NCBI GenBank assembly: GCA_008080745.1
Contig: SHMX01000001.1
Coordinates: forward strand, 150,001 to 182,000
Length of the DNA stretch: 32,000 bases
Origin: Candidatus Thorarchaeota archaeon
GTDB taxonomy: Archaea > Asgardarchaeota > Thorarchaeia > Thorarchaeales > Thorarchaeaceae
Direction of reading: 5' to 3'
In this document: positions 1 through 8,435 of the stretch, piece after piece
Position numbering within the stretch: position 1 is the stretch's first letter
Layout: the number at the start of each line of letters is the position of its first letter
Notes under the pieces: generated by a model
Seen by the model: the letters and a program-made list of their open reading frames with translations, nothing else
What the model was told of the DNA's origin: nothing
Databases searched by the model: none
Made by a program: the position numbers and the translations under genes

Positions 1-424
1 CTGGTGCAATTTCAGAAACTGTCAATTCAACTTGTTCACGTGGAATCGGGATCTTTTGACCTACTTGTACAATTAGGCCATCCAGATCATCCTTGAAATC
101 GTCCATGCGATTCCACAAATCTTCAGCAATTTTATGATGTGGAGTTCGAGAATCGGTTGATATTGCAGCTAATGAAAGAGTATGTGCCTTCGGAATAGGG
201 TCGTGTGGTTGCAGTGATACTTGTTGATTCTCGGTCAATCCAAGAAAAGACCACAATCGAGAGTCAATTACAATGACCCCTTCAGGCACTTTTTCAGAGT
301 GAAGAATCTCAGAGAGTACACTAAGATGAGAATACTGTATCTCTGCAAATCTTTGACTATTGACAGATTTTGATACAAAGGATATGCCGCGTTGATTTCG
401 ACCCTGGATTGCCTTCATATTCAT
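1..424 (-). CDS. Partial CDS (runs off the window start); N-terminus resembles the CDC48/p97/NSF N-domain, probable AAA ATPase
   Basis: Not in the ORF track. My manual translation from ATG at 424 is open to position 1: MNMKAIQGRNQRGISFVSKS...VPEGVIVIDSRLWSFLGLTENQQVSLQPHDPIPKAHTLSLAAIS...DDLDGLIVQVGQKIPIP. The 'VIVIDSRLWSFLGLTENQQV' stretch fits the double-psi barrel pattern (I.+D..+...LG+..G..V). The ATPase domain is not visible. Confidence 0.5.
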   Translation of the reverse strand, partial: MNMKAIQGRNQRGISFVSKSVNSQRFAEIQYSHLSVLSEILHSEKVPEGVIVIDSRLWSFLGLTENQQVSLQPHDPIPKAHTLSLAAISTDSRTPHHKIAEDLWNRMDDFKDDLDGLIVQVGQKIPIPREQVELTVSEIAP

Positions 425-439
425 CGTTAACACCAATAT

Positions 440-1567
440 CTAATGTAACCTAGTGGAATAGATTTGACTTATGATTGATTTTGACCCGTAAAGAACTTCT
501 ACTTTGATGCTAGCTTTTCCGGTTTCAAAGGACATTGGCACCAGTTTCAAATCAAGTTGTCTATCAACTCTGGGTCCAATTTCATGACGTTCATTTGTTA
601 CCTCTGATACTCCTTCGGACGTGATGAGAGATACAATTACGCGAATTCCAAGAGTTGTGGCACTAGGATTTTTGACACGTAGTGAATATTTGAAGGGTTT
701 ACCTCCAATTATTGCATCTGGAATTTCACCTAATTTTACATCTATTCCCATCTGAGAGGGAGATAATGGTCTGCCTTTTGGCCAACGTGGAATCCGTTCC
801 AGTTCCATTAACCTAGAGAGTGAAGTTTTGAGTTCTCTTAGTGTCATCTCCATACCAGATGCTGCTTCAGCTAGATCAAAACTTCCATCATGCGATTCAT
901 AATGTGCTAGAACTTTTCTATCAGAAGCTATTAGGTCCCCGACACCTTCAAGTATTTCCAGAATAGCAACGGGAAGTTCATCTGCTTCATGTAAAGAGAA
1001 GTATTTCCCATCTTCAACAGAATGCGCTATGGTACGGAATGATTCTTCAACTAGAGGATTACATCCAACTACAAATATGAAGACGGTAGTACCATACTCT
1101 TTTTTCAATTGCAGAACCTCATCACATGGATCATATCCATCAGGACAGCCACGCGAAAAATAATCATCACCCAAAGAGTTGTATCTAGAACCATGGGGAG
1201 GCGCATCACCCACCAACAATAGAACCTTGTAAGCCTCACTTCCCCAGCTTAGTTTGGTTCTTGCATCATGGATGCCATCAGCAACAGCTTCAGGGGTATC
1301 CCCACCCTCTGATGGTTTTAAACTTGATATCTTTTTGTGGACTTGTTTTATATCATCTGTAAAATCAAAGACTTTTGTTACATAGGTCCGATCTTGAGGG
1401 GGATGATCACGATATGAAACAATACCAAAGCGGAATTCTAAATCCCCAGTCTTACTAACAACCTTATCAACGATATCGAATAGACTATCTTTTACTGCTT
1501 TGATATCATCCTTCATTGAGCCAGTTGTATCTACGACGAAAGCCACATCTAATCGAGTTTTAACCAT
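440..1567 (-). CDS. vWA (MIDAS) domain protein with a central winged helix and a C-terminal Ig-like beta-sandwich
   Basis: DVAFVVDTTGSM (MIDAS DxTxS), GGDTPE and LLLVGDAPPH motifs. HTH-like DLAEAASGMEMTLRELKTSLSRLMELERI. Alternating beta-strand C-terminus (FKYSLRVKNPS). Start moved to ATG 1567 (GGAG upstream) because the 1699 start overlaps the divergent gene. Confidence 0.85.
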   Translation of the reverse strand: MVKTRLDVAFVVDTTGSMKDDIKAVKDSLFDIVDKVVSKTGDLEFRFGIVSYRDHPPQDRTYVTKVFDFTDDIKQVHKKISSLKPSEGGDTPEAVADGIHDARTKLSWGSEAYKVLLLVGDAPPHGSRYNSLGDDYFSRGCPDGYDPCDEVLQLKKEYGTTVFIFVVGCNPLVEESFRTIAHSVEDGKYFSLHEADELPVAILEILEGVGDLIASDRKVLAHYESHDGSFDLAEAASGMEMTLRELKTSLSRLMELERIPRWPKGRPLSPSQMGIDVKLGEIPDAIIGGKPFKYSLRVKNPSATTLGIRVIVSLITSEGVSEVTNERHEIGPRVDRQLDLKLVPMSFETGKASIKVEVLYGSKSIISQIYSTRLH

Positions 1568-1672
1568 CCCGGTCCACTCCATTTGAAGATTGAATACGAG
1601 TACAATTAAGCCTTTGCTGATAACTATGGGATAAGATTTTTGAGAGAAAAGAACGGTAACCTTGTGATAATC

Positions 1673-2053
1673 ATGAGCGAAAGCGATTTGAAACTTCAAT
1701 TCAACTTTGAGGATGGGCTAACGCTAGAGGGTACCTTAGATAGAGTTTTAGCACCACTAATTGTCGAAGAGATAAAAGTGCGTTTACCTATTGAGGGGCG
1801 AGCTGCTTTGATGAGAGGCGAACTCAAAATAATTTTAGACATATCTAAGGGAAATCTAAAACCTGTCAAGGAAGTCAGTAGAGGAGATATAGCATATATG
1901 CCTCTGGGAGATTCGCTTTGTATTTACTTGAAAGACATGAAGACATTTAGCCCTGTGAATATTTTAGGCCGTATTACATCAACAGATGAGGAGTTAGATC
2001 AGATCGAATCACTTAGAAGGGGAAGTAGAGTCGAAATTAAAAAAATTGGCTGA
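1673..2053 (+). CDS. Cyclophilin-like fold protein (DUF369/TM1367 type)
   Basis: EVSRGDIAYMPLGDSLCIYL and PVNILGRI motifs; about 126 aa from ATG 1673. Confidence 0.8.
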   Translation: MSESDLKLQFNFEDGLTLEGTLDRVLAPLIVEEIKVRLPIEGRAALMRGELKIILDISKGNLKPVKEVSRGDIAYMPLGDSLCIYLKDMKTFSPVNILGRITSTDEELDQIESLRRGSRVEIKKIG

Positions 2054-2060
2054 TTCCATA

Positions 2061-2648
2061 TCACATTCTTTGAAGACTTCGAAGAAGAGCCTCATGTTCA
2101 TCTTTTTCGCTAACTGTGGGGTCCACGACCATTCCAGGCTCATGAGTTTCAATAAATACCTCCATCCCAGAATCCTTCACGCTGGCAAATCCGCTTGCAG
2201 ATAAGGAACGGATTCGTAATTGTGTGGTATTGAATTCTGTTTTCTCAGAAACTTCAACGGAAGGAGTATCTCGACGAAGCTTGCTCTTTGTGATTCTGAT
2301 TTGTTCTTTTAATTCTGCAACTTGTACCTGTAAATCTTTCCGGGATTGACGTTCTTCTTCTAGTTGCGATTTAATATCTTCGTACTCAACGCGTTCAATC
2401 AAATCCTTCTTAGGATCAAGCCATGTGACAGTTGTACCATTAAATCTGCGATTTGTTTCAACCAGATTCAATGCACGAAGCACAGCTAGAACATCATATA
2501 CTCTACGTTTTGGAGTATCAAGCTGCTCAGCTAAGATATCACTTCTAATTCCTTCTTCTCCCTGTTCTTTCAAGACTTTGACTGCTTCTTCTGCTAAATC
2601 AACCAGCTTCACAATTGCACCCCGGATATGTGCAAGAGGTAAATCCAC
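2061..2648 (-). CDS. E2F/DP-like winged-helix transcription factor with coiled coil
   Basis: LAEQLDTPKRRVYDVLAVLRALNLVE...VTW matches the E2F/DP DNA-binding signature (RRxYD, residues 48-52, nt 2493-2507). Heptad coiled coil at about residues 85-125. GTG start preceded by GGAAAGGTG. Confidence 0.8.
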   Translation of the reverse strand: MDLPLAHIRGAIVKLVDLAEEAVKVLKEQGEEGIRSDILAEQLDTPKRRVYDVLAVLRALNLVETNRRFNGTTVTWLDPKKDLIERVEYEDIKSQLEEERQSRKDLQVQVAELKEQIRITKSKLRRDTPSVEVSEKTEFNTTQLRIRSLSASGFASVKDSGMEVFIETHEPGMVVDPTVSEKDEHEALLRSLQRM

Positions 2649-2881
2649 AATGCACCTTTCCAGTTAAACACTCAAAGGAGCTATTTTAGTGTTTGTATTG
2701 TGGTTCCAATTTTTCGAAAATTCTATAAAATAATCCAAACTAATATTATTCGAAATGCCGTTCTATTTTTCGTGATTTGAAAATAGAATTTCTTGAGGAA
2801 TTGCTAAATTGGCGTGACCGACAATTTCATAACACATGTACGGAGGGGCTCAATTAGACTTGTTCGATGGTGGCGCTAAGA

Positions 2882-4213
2882 ATGAGCAAAATAAAAGTAA
2901 TAATTATGGGTGCGGCCGGACGTGATTTCCATAACTTCAACGTCTTTTTCAGAGATAATGAAGATTACGAAGTTGTGGCGTTCACCGCAGAACAAATCCC
3001 TGGAATTGGAGATAGAATTTACCCCCCTGAATTATCTGGAGAATTATATCCAGAAGGGATTAAAATCTATCCAGAAGAACAACTCCCCGAATTAATTGAG
3101 AAATTCGATGTGGAACAATGCATTCTAGCGTATTCTGACCTGCCCTACGAATATGTAGGACACAAAATTGCATGGGTCAATTCGTTGGGTGCAGACATCC
3201 GACTCATGGGTACGAAGACTACAATGCTCAAGAGTAAGAAACCAGTTGTAGCAGTATGTGCAGTTAGAACGGGTTGTGGAAAAAGTCAGACCTCACGAAG
3301 AGTCAATCAGATTTTGGTAGATATGGGTCTTAAACCAGTTAACATCCGACATCCTATGCCCTACGATCCAGACCTTACAACGCAAATAGCCCAACGTTAT
3401 GAGAAACTCGAGGATATGGACAAATACAATTGTACCATTGAGGAGAGGGAAGAGTACGAGCCTATGATAAACATGGGCGTTATTCTCTATGCAGGAGTAG
3501 ATTATGGTAAAATCATTGAACAGGCTGAAGAAGAAGCTGAAATCATAACATGGGATGGGGGCAATAACGACTTTCCATTCTATAAACCAGACCTACTCAT
3601 TGTCCTTACAGATCCTCACAGACCAGGTCATGAAACATCATACTATCCTGGAGAAACCAACCTAAGAATGGCAGATGTCGTCATAATCAACAAAGTCGAA
3701 ACGGCTGATTATGAAGACATCGAGGAAGTAAGAGAGAGCATTATGGAGGTCAACCCTAATGCAACAATTATTGATGCTGCCTCTCCACTGGTTATTGAAG
3801 ATATGGAGAAGATTAAAGGTAAACGAGTCATTGTTGTTGAGGATGGCCCCACTGTCACTCATGGAGACATGCCCTATGGAGCAGGATATATTGCTGCAAG
3901 AAAATCTGGAGCAAGAATTGTTGACCCAAGACCTTACGCAGTGGGAAGTCTAGTGGAAACCTTCCAGAAGTACGACCATCTAGAAGATGTTCTACCAGCT
4001 ATGGGTTATGGAAAGGCACAGATGAAGGACTTGCAGGAAACGATCAATAAAGCAGAGGTTGATGCAGTAGTAATTGGCACACCTATTGACCTAGCAAGAC
4101 TCATCGACATCAAGAAGCCAAATGTGCGAGTGAAATACAACTTGCAAGAGATTGGTAAACCCGACCTCGAAGACGTACTAAGAGAGTTTGTTGAGAAGCA
4201 CAAGCTCAAATAA
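2882..4213 (+). CDS. P-loop NTPase of the cyclic 2,3-diphosphoglycerate synthetase-like family (COG2403 'predicted GTPase')
   Basis: N-terminal KVIIMGAAGRDFHNFN, P-loop RTGCGKSQT, RHPM, WDGGNND and VVEDGPT motifs. Start taken at ATG 2882. Substrate not assignable. Confidence 0.85.
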   Translation: MSKIKVIIMGAAGRDFHNFNVFFRDNEDYEVVAFTAEQIPGIGDRIYPPELSGELYPEGIKIYPEEQLPELIEKFDVEQCILAYSDLPYEYVGHKIAWVNSLGADIRLMGTKTTMLKSKKPVVAVCAVRTGCGKSQTSRRVNQILVDMGLKPVNIRHPMPYDPDLTTQIAQRYEKLEDMDKYNCTIEEREEYEPMINMGVILYAGVDYGKIIEQAEEEAEIITWDGGNNDFPFYKPDLLIVLTDPHRPGHETSYYPGETNLRMADVVIINKVETADYEDIEEVRESIMEVNPNATIIDAASPLVIEDMEKIKGKRVIVVEDGPTVTHGDMPYGAGYIAARKSGARIVDPRPYAVGSLVETFQKYDHLEDVLPAMGYGKAQMKDLQETINKAEVDAVVIGTPIDLARLIDIKKPNVRVKYNLQEIGKPDLEDVLREFVEKHKLK

Positions 4214-4219
4214 TTTGGA

Positions 4220-4246
4220 ATATCCTGAGAGAGCCTCTCAGGATAT
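4220..4246 (+). terminator. Perfect 12-bp hairpin followed by a T-rich tract, downstream of the NTPase gene
   Basis: ATATCCTGAGAG-agc-CTCTCAGGATAT then CTTTGTTTTT. Confidence 0.6.
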
Positions 4247-4271
4247 CTTTGTTTTTATAAAATAAAAAAGA

Positions 4272-4286
4272 AGGGGCGAAGCCCCT
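4272..4286 (-). terminator. GC hairpin with a minus-strand T-tract, downstream of the membrane protein gene
   Basis: AGGGGC-gaa-GCCCCT preceded on + by AATAAAAAAG (a U-tract on the minus-strand transcript). Confidence 0.6.
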
Positions 4287-4293
4287 CGTGAAA

Positions 4294-5262
4294 TCACCAC
4301 CAGTCTTGTGAAGCTCCTCCGGTTTCAACAATTTTCCGTCGAGCAAGAAGATCTTTGTAAATGACAGCTGCAAAGATATAGTCAAGCGATGTGAGAATGA
4401 TAGCTGACAAGAACAAGTAGCCTATTGCATAGAATAGACCGGGTAGGAATGACACAACTATATCAATCCCAAGACCGATAACCATACTAGCAATGGCGAG
4501 TCCAATTCGTGCTCCGAAAACATGAAGGAAATTGCCGCTAGTTAGTTCTATCGACCGGCTTATTGCTCCAAAGGCAGAAACATCCTCAGCCATAATTACC
4601 GCAATTGCTGGAGTTAGTCGAACTAGAAGATAAAATAGAATAATCACGCCAATCAATAACAGAAGTACTCCTATCAATGCCGCTTCAAGAACTGCCATGT
4701 CAATATTCGTTGGGTCTGTAATGGTTAGTAAGGGGGCAAAAGCAATGAAACCTGGTAACAACAACAAAACTGTAAGCAGAGTTACTAGTATTTGATAGAG
4801 AAACAGAGTAGGTGTGCGTCCAAAAGCTTTCGATAGCGAGGATACAAATTCTCCTCTTGATGGATCACCATAGTTTTCTAAAGCGACATTAGTAGCCGCA
4901 CCACCCAATATGGTATAATAGACAATTCCGATAATTGCTAATACTGCCATTATGAGTAATATTGGAGCTAATGCTGTACCAAAATTCTCCCACAACAAAG
5001 TGAGTATTGCCACCAAATCGCCCTGGGCGTTGATAATTTCTTGCAAATCCTGGGGGGGTAGTGGTGGAAGTACAAAGATTAAGACTAGTATAACAGATAG
5101 AGCGAAAATCGATGCGGCCAGACCAACTAGAGCATAGGTTCCGAATTTTCGGAAAAATAGACTTAGAGTTCTAGATACCGCTTCTATCGCACTTACTTTA
5201 TATTTCTCGTCAACAAATGGCTCATCCGGTGAAAAAGGATCAGGTCCTGAATCAATTTCCAT
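4294..5262 (-). CDS. Polytopic membrane protein (GDPD-membrane/DUF975-like), function unknown
   Basis: About 6 long hydrophobic segments; repeated 'A+.RS..L....F' units (SAIEAVSRTLSLF; SAFGAISRSIELTSGNF). Strong SD GAGGAGG. Confidence 0.75.
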   Translation of the reverse strand: MEIDSGPDPFSPDEPFVDEKYKVSAIEAVSRTLSLFFRKFGTYALVGLAASIFALSVILVLIFVLPPLPPQDLQEIINAQGDLVAILTLLWENFGTALAPILLIMAVLAIIGIVYYTILGGAATNVALENYGDPSRGEFVSSLSKAFGRTPTLFLYQILVTLLTVLLLLPGFIAFAPLLTITDPTNIDMAVLEAALIGVLLLLIGVIILFYLLVRLTPAIAVIMAEDVSAFGAISRSIELTSGNFLHVFGARIGLAIASMVIGLGIDIVVSFLPGLFYAIGYLFLSAIILTSLDYIFAAVIYKDLLARRKIVETGGASQDWW

Positions 5263-5335
5263 AGATATTCCTCCTCATGGAATAACCAAAAGGAGGATTG
5301 CTTATAACATCTATGAACAGCATATCTTTTAGTTT

Positions 5336-6928
5336 TTAAGCGGGTTTGGGCCGAACGTCACATATCTCCATGAATTTCATTCCACCTGCTTTCTCTAATA
5401 GCTCCTCAAATGCAATGATGAAGACATTTGGAGTCACCTCTGTGGAATTCTTCGTTATTCTCTTAATTTCAAGAATCAGAGAGTCATAATTTGCTGTGAT
5501 GGGGCCTTTTGGTGCAACGTAGAGGTTAAGCACATCCATGCTGTAAGGATCAGACATATCTTCCTTTGCTACTTCCACCTGGATTTCTTCGACTTCTCCA
5601 AGTGAGAGAAGGTCTTCACGTAGAGCAGTCAGGTTCACGGTTGCACCCTTGATTTTCTTCTCCCTTAGACCCATGATGTCGATTTGAGCTTCAGCGTCAT
5701 TCTGTCGGCCGATATCCCAGAAGAAGGGACCATCAATACCGCAGAGTGGGCATGGTCCGTTCTCATGTCTTGAAGCTACATCTCCAAGCAGAAATCCTTC
5801 AAAGATTGTACCTGCACCATCCAGATGGAACAGAGTGACATGTCCAGATTCATCCTCATCGACGAAGTCATAGGTGCCATCATCATTCATTGCGATAAAT
5901 TCGAATGAAAGCATGAGGGGTGATACATTGTGGTAGGGCCCTCTATGGTCACATTGGACAGCAAAGGAAATCTTGCTCTCAGAAGATGCATATCCACCAA
6001 TGATTCTTACCTCCTTCGCACCTTTATCTTGAAGAGTCTGGGTAATATCCTGTGCAACCGGATCGTATATCTTTTCACCAGCAAGTAATACGACTACCTT
6101 CTCTGGAGCAGTATAATCCGACTCTTTCATAGCTCGGAAGAAACGATTACGGAGATAACTGGGCATTCCTGCAAAGCCGTTGGCCTTGAATGACTTTGCA
6201 ATCTCCACAAGTTTCTCGCTTGGAATTGCTCCACCTGCACTGGTTGCAATATAGAATTTGGACATTTGTTTTAATCCGAGATTGACAGCATGCCATCCGA
6301 GGTGGGGAGCGTAGGGAAAGAGGTTCATGCTAGATAGTTCCCAACCCGAATCAATCCAAGGATCTACCGCCATCTGTCCCACTTTAACACAATTCTTGAA
6401 CAACATTTCGTTGTCATAGCGTGTTAGGAATACGGGCGAAGGAAGACCTGAAGCTCTTCCAGAACTTAACCAAAATTGAAGAGGGGCATATCGATGCGTA
6501 AGATGGTTCTGCAAATTTTCCTTAGCAGAGTCAGCACCAAGATGTAACTTCACTCGAGCTCCATTATTTCGGATGAATTTGTATTCATCTGATTTCCCAG
6601 ATTTCTTAGTATATGTCATTAAATCCGAAACAATCTTCGCTGGATCGCGGTCCTTGCCATCCACCTGTGAGGGGTTTAATACGAACTGTGCGAGATTATC
6701 TTTGTATTCATGTTTTTTGACCAGAGGAATCTTGTACTTTGCCCAATCCTCTATGCAGGTTATATTGAAAGGATCAATATCATTCTCTTTGAATAACCTC
6801 CTATAATAGGGATGGTTCGGCCAGACCTGATATCTGATAAATGCCCTAAATTTCTGATCCTGCATTCTTTTAATCTCACGGTGGTTAGTCCGCTTCAATT
6901 CCTTGAATGTGAAAGTAGTCTTAGTCAA
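5336..6928 (-). CDS. Divergent phenylacetate-CoA ligase (PaaK)-like adenylate-forming enzyme
   Basis: N-terminal HPYYRRLFKENDIDP..I..IED..K.P+ motif; SSGRASG.P loop, GYASSE, LLGDV, IGRQND and IKGATVN at the expected ANL motif positions. TTG start with GAGGT SD. Confidence 0.8.
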   Translation of the reverse strand: MTKTTFTFKELKRTNHREIKRMQDQKFRAFIRYQVWPNHPYYRRLFKENDIDPFNITCIEDWAKYKIPLVKKHEYKDNLAQFVLNPSQVDGKDRDPAKIVSDLMTYTKKSGKSDEYKFIRNNGARVKLHLGADSAKENLQNHLTHRYAPLQFWLSSGRASGLPSPVFLTRYDNEMLFKNCVKVGQMAVDPWIDSGWELSSMNLFPYAPHLGWHAVNLGLKQMSKFYIATSAGGAIPSEKLVEIAKSFKANGFAGMPSYLRNRFFRAMKESDYTAPEKVVVLLAGEKIYDPVAQDITQTLQDKGAKEVRIIGGYASSESKISFAVQCDHRGPYHNVSPLMLSFEFIAMNDDGTYDFVDEDESGHVTLFHLDGAGTIFEGFLLGDVASRHENGPCPLCGIDGPFFWDIGRQNDAEAQIDIMGLREKKIKGATVNLTALREDLLSLGEVEEIQVEVAKEDMSDPYSMDVLNLYVAPKGPITANYDSLILEIKRITKNSTEVTPNVFIIAFEELLEKAGGMKFMEICDVRPKPA

Positions 6929-7086
6929 TTGTACAACCTCAAAGTGAAGTGGTGGACAGGAGCAGCAAAATACTTACGTGTATAATAAACATTACTAGAG
7001 ACCAAATTTTCAAATACAATAGAGCAGAAAGCCATAATAGCAGGGAATCCGTTTCAAAATCGACTGATAATAATTCATATGCGAGA

Positions 7087-7530
7087 GTGATTAGGTTGTC
7101 CGAAAGCGATGAAAAACTACAGAAAGGCATTATGGAGCTAGAGAAAGGTAACAACAAAAAGGCGTTTTCACTGTTTAAAGAAGTCTTTGAAACTAGGCAA
7201 GAAAGACTTTTGAAAAAAGTACAGGACAATCCCAAATCACCTACACTCATGCTAGATGCGCTTTACATGATTCATGCCCTAGTATGGCTAAGGATTGCTG
7301 AGGCTGGCAAGGACAAGAAACATGGAGTAGAACTACTGGGGAAGGCGGTAGGGACTGTCGAGGCTGCCAGAACGGCTCTGGGTCCACTTGTAACGGGTTT
7401 GGCACAATGGGCTCAAGAGAAACAGATCAAAGTTGTGCAAAATAAGGCACTTGGGCTACTTGCTGCAACTAAAGACCTTGAGGACATGGCAAAAAAGGCT
7501 CTCGAACAACGAAGGAAGATGAAGGACTAA
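7087..7530 (+). CDS. Hypothetical all-alpha (TPR-like) protein
   Basis: Amphipathic helices (LQKGIMELEKGNNKKAFSLFKEV). The ORF-track start 6949 falls in the divergent promoter region; GTG 7087 or TTG 7096 is more plausible. Confidence 0.6.
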   Translation: MIRLSESDEKLQKGIMELEKGNNKKAFSLFKEVFETRQERLLKKVQDNPKSPTLMLDALYMIHALVWLRIAEAGKDKKHGVELLGKAVGTVEAARTALGPLVTGLAQWAQEKQIKVVQNKALGLLAATKDLEDMAKKALEQRRKMKD

Positions 7531-7851
7531 CCTACTCCTTCATCCCTCTTTTTCTCGTCATGTTAGCTAGAATTCAAGCTACTATTCGTTTTAATTTGAA
7601 ACGCTCCAAAACCAGATCATTACTCTCCGAGAAACGGTATTTGATTAAATCTTGCCATAGATTTTGTGTTTTCACAGTTAGACCATGTAAACAATGAATA
7701 CAGATTCTTATCAGATTATGACTAGAAAATGTATAACAATTATATTAACCAAAAAATTATGAATAATTTGTGATTGTGTAGCCGCTTTCAAAAAGGCAAT
7801 AAAGGAAATTTCAGCGGCTAATCTTGTTGCCCCATTAGAGGAGGAAATGAT

Positions 7852-8091
7852 TTGATAACTGCATTTGTCAGTATGTCTGTTGCACCTGGTGCAGATGAGG
7901 AAATTGTCAACGATTTGGCAAAAAATGAGATTGTCAATGAAGCTTGGTTGACGACTGGAGAATTCGATATTCTGCTCATTCTGAAAGGTGATGACCAAGA
8001 AGAAATTAATGACTATGTAAATAACACAGTTCGAGCTATGGAGGGAGTGATTCGAGCGGTGGTAACCTTTGCTATCGAATCCGTGAAATAA
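7852..8091 (+). CDS. Lrp/AsnC ligand-binding (RAM) domain-only protein
   Basis: ITAFVSMSV.PG...EAWLTTGEFDILLILK...IRAMEGV pattern; no HTH (in-frame TAA at 7819). SD GAGGAGG 7 nt before TTG. Confidence 0.9.
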   Translation: MITAFVSMSVAPGADEEIVNDLAKNEIVNEAWLTTGEFDILLILKGDDQEEINDYVNNTVRAMEGVIRAVVTFAIESVK

Positions 8092-8096
8092 TGTGC

Positions 8097-8435
8097 TCAA
8101 CGCTCATCCATATATTTAGCCCATTCTTCAGCAGGAAAACGCTCTTTCATCAATTCTAATTCAGAGAGAATACTTGATTCTAGATCCACCCCAAAGTGGT
8201 TAACGATTTGGAGGAACAGAAAGAAAACTTGGGCAAACTCACGAGATAATTCGGATTTATCAGGAGCTTTATGTCCGATTCCTTCCACTTTGTATCCCTC
8301 TTCAAAGCTGATATGTCGAGATATTTCTCCTAGCTCCTCGATTAGATGAACGAATATCTGAGAAGCAGGAAATTCATCCCATCTTCGTTCTTTTTCAAAC
8401 CGTTGTTTAATCTCTTGGATTTCTCTAATATGCAA
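8097..8435 (-). CDS. MazG-like nucleotide pyrophosphohydrolase
   Basis: HLIEELGEISRHI and ELSREFAQVFFLFLQIVNHFGVDLE pattern. The TTG start abuts the upstream stop. Confidence 0.8.
   Translation of the reverse strand: MHIREIQEIKQRFEKERRWDEFPASQIFVHLIEELGEISRHISFEEGYKVEGIGHKAPDKSELSREFAQVFFLFLQIVNHFGVDLESSILSELELMKERFPAEEWAKYMDER

Noticed and set aside
1568-1699. ORF-track N-terminal extension of the vWA protein (similar extensions at 6949-7086 and 9135-9284)
   Set aside because: These run through AT-rich promoter regions or overlap divergent genes; downstream starts have SD motifs and coincide with domain boundaries.
7711-8100. 129-aa minus-strand ORF
   Set aside because: It is the antisense shadow of the Lrp-domain gene, which has a clear motif and SD.
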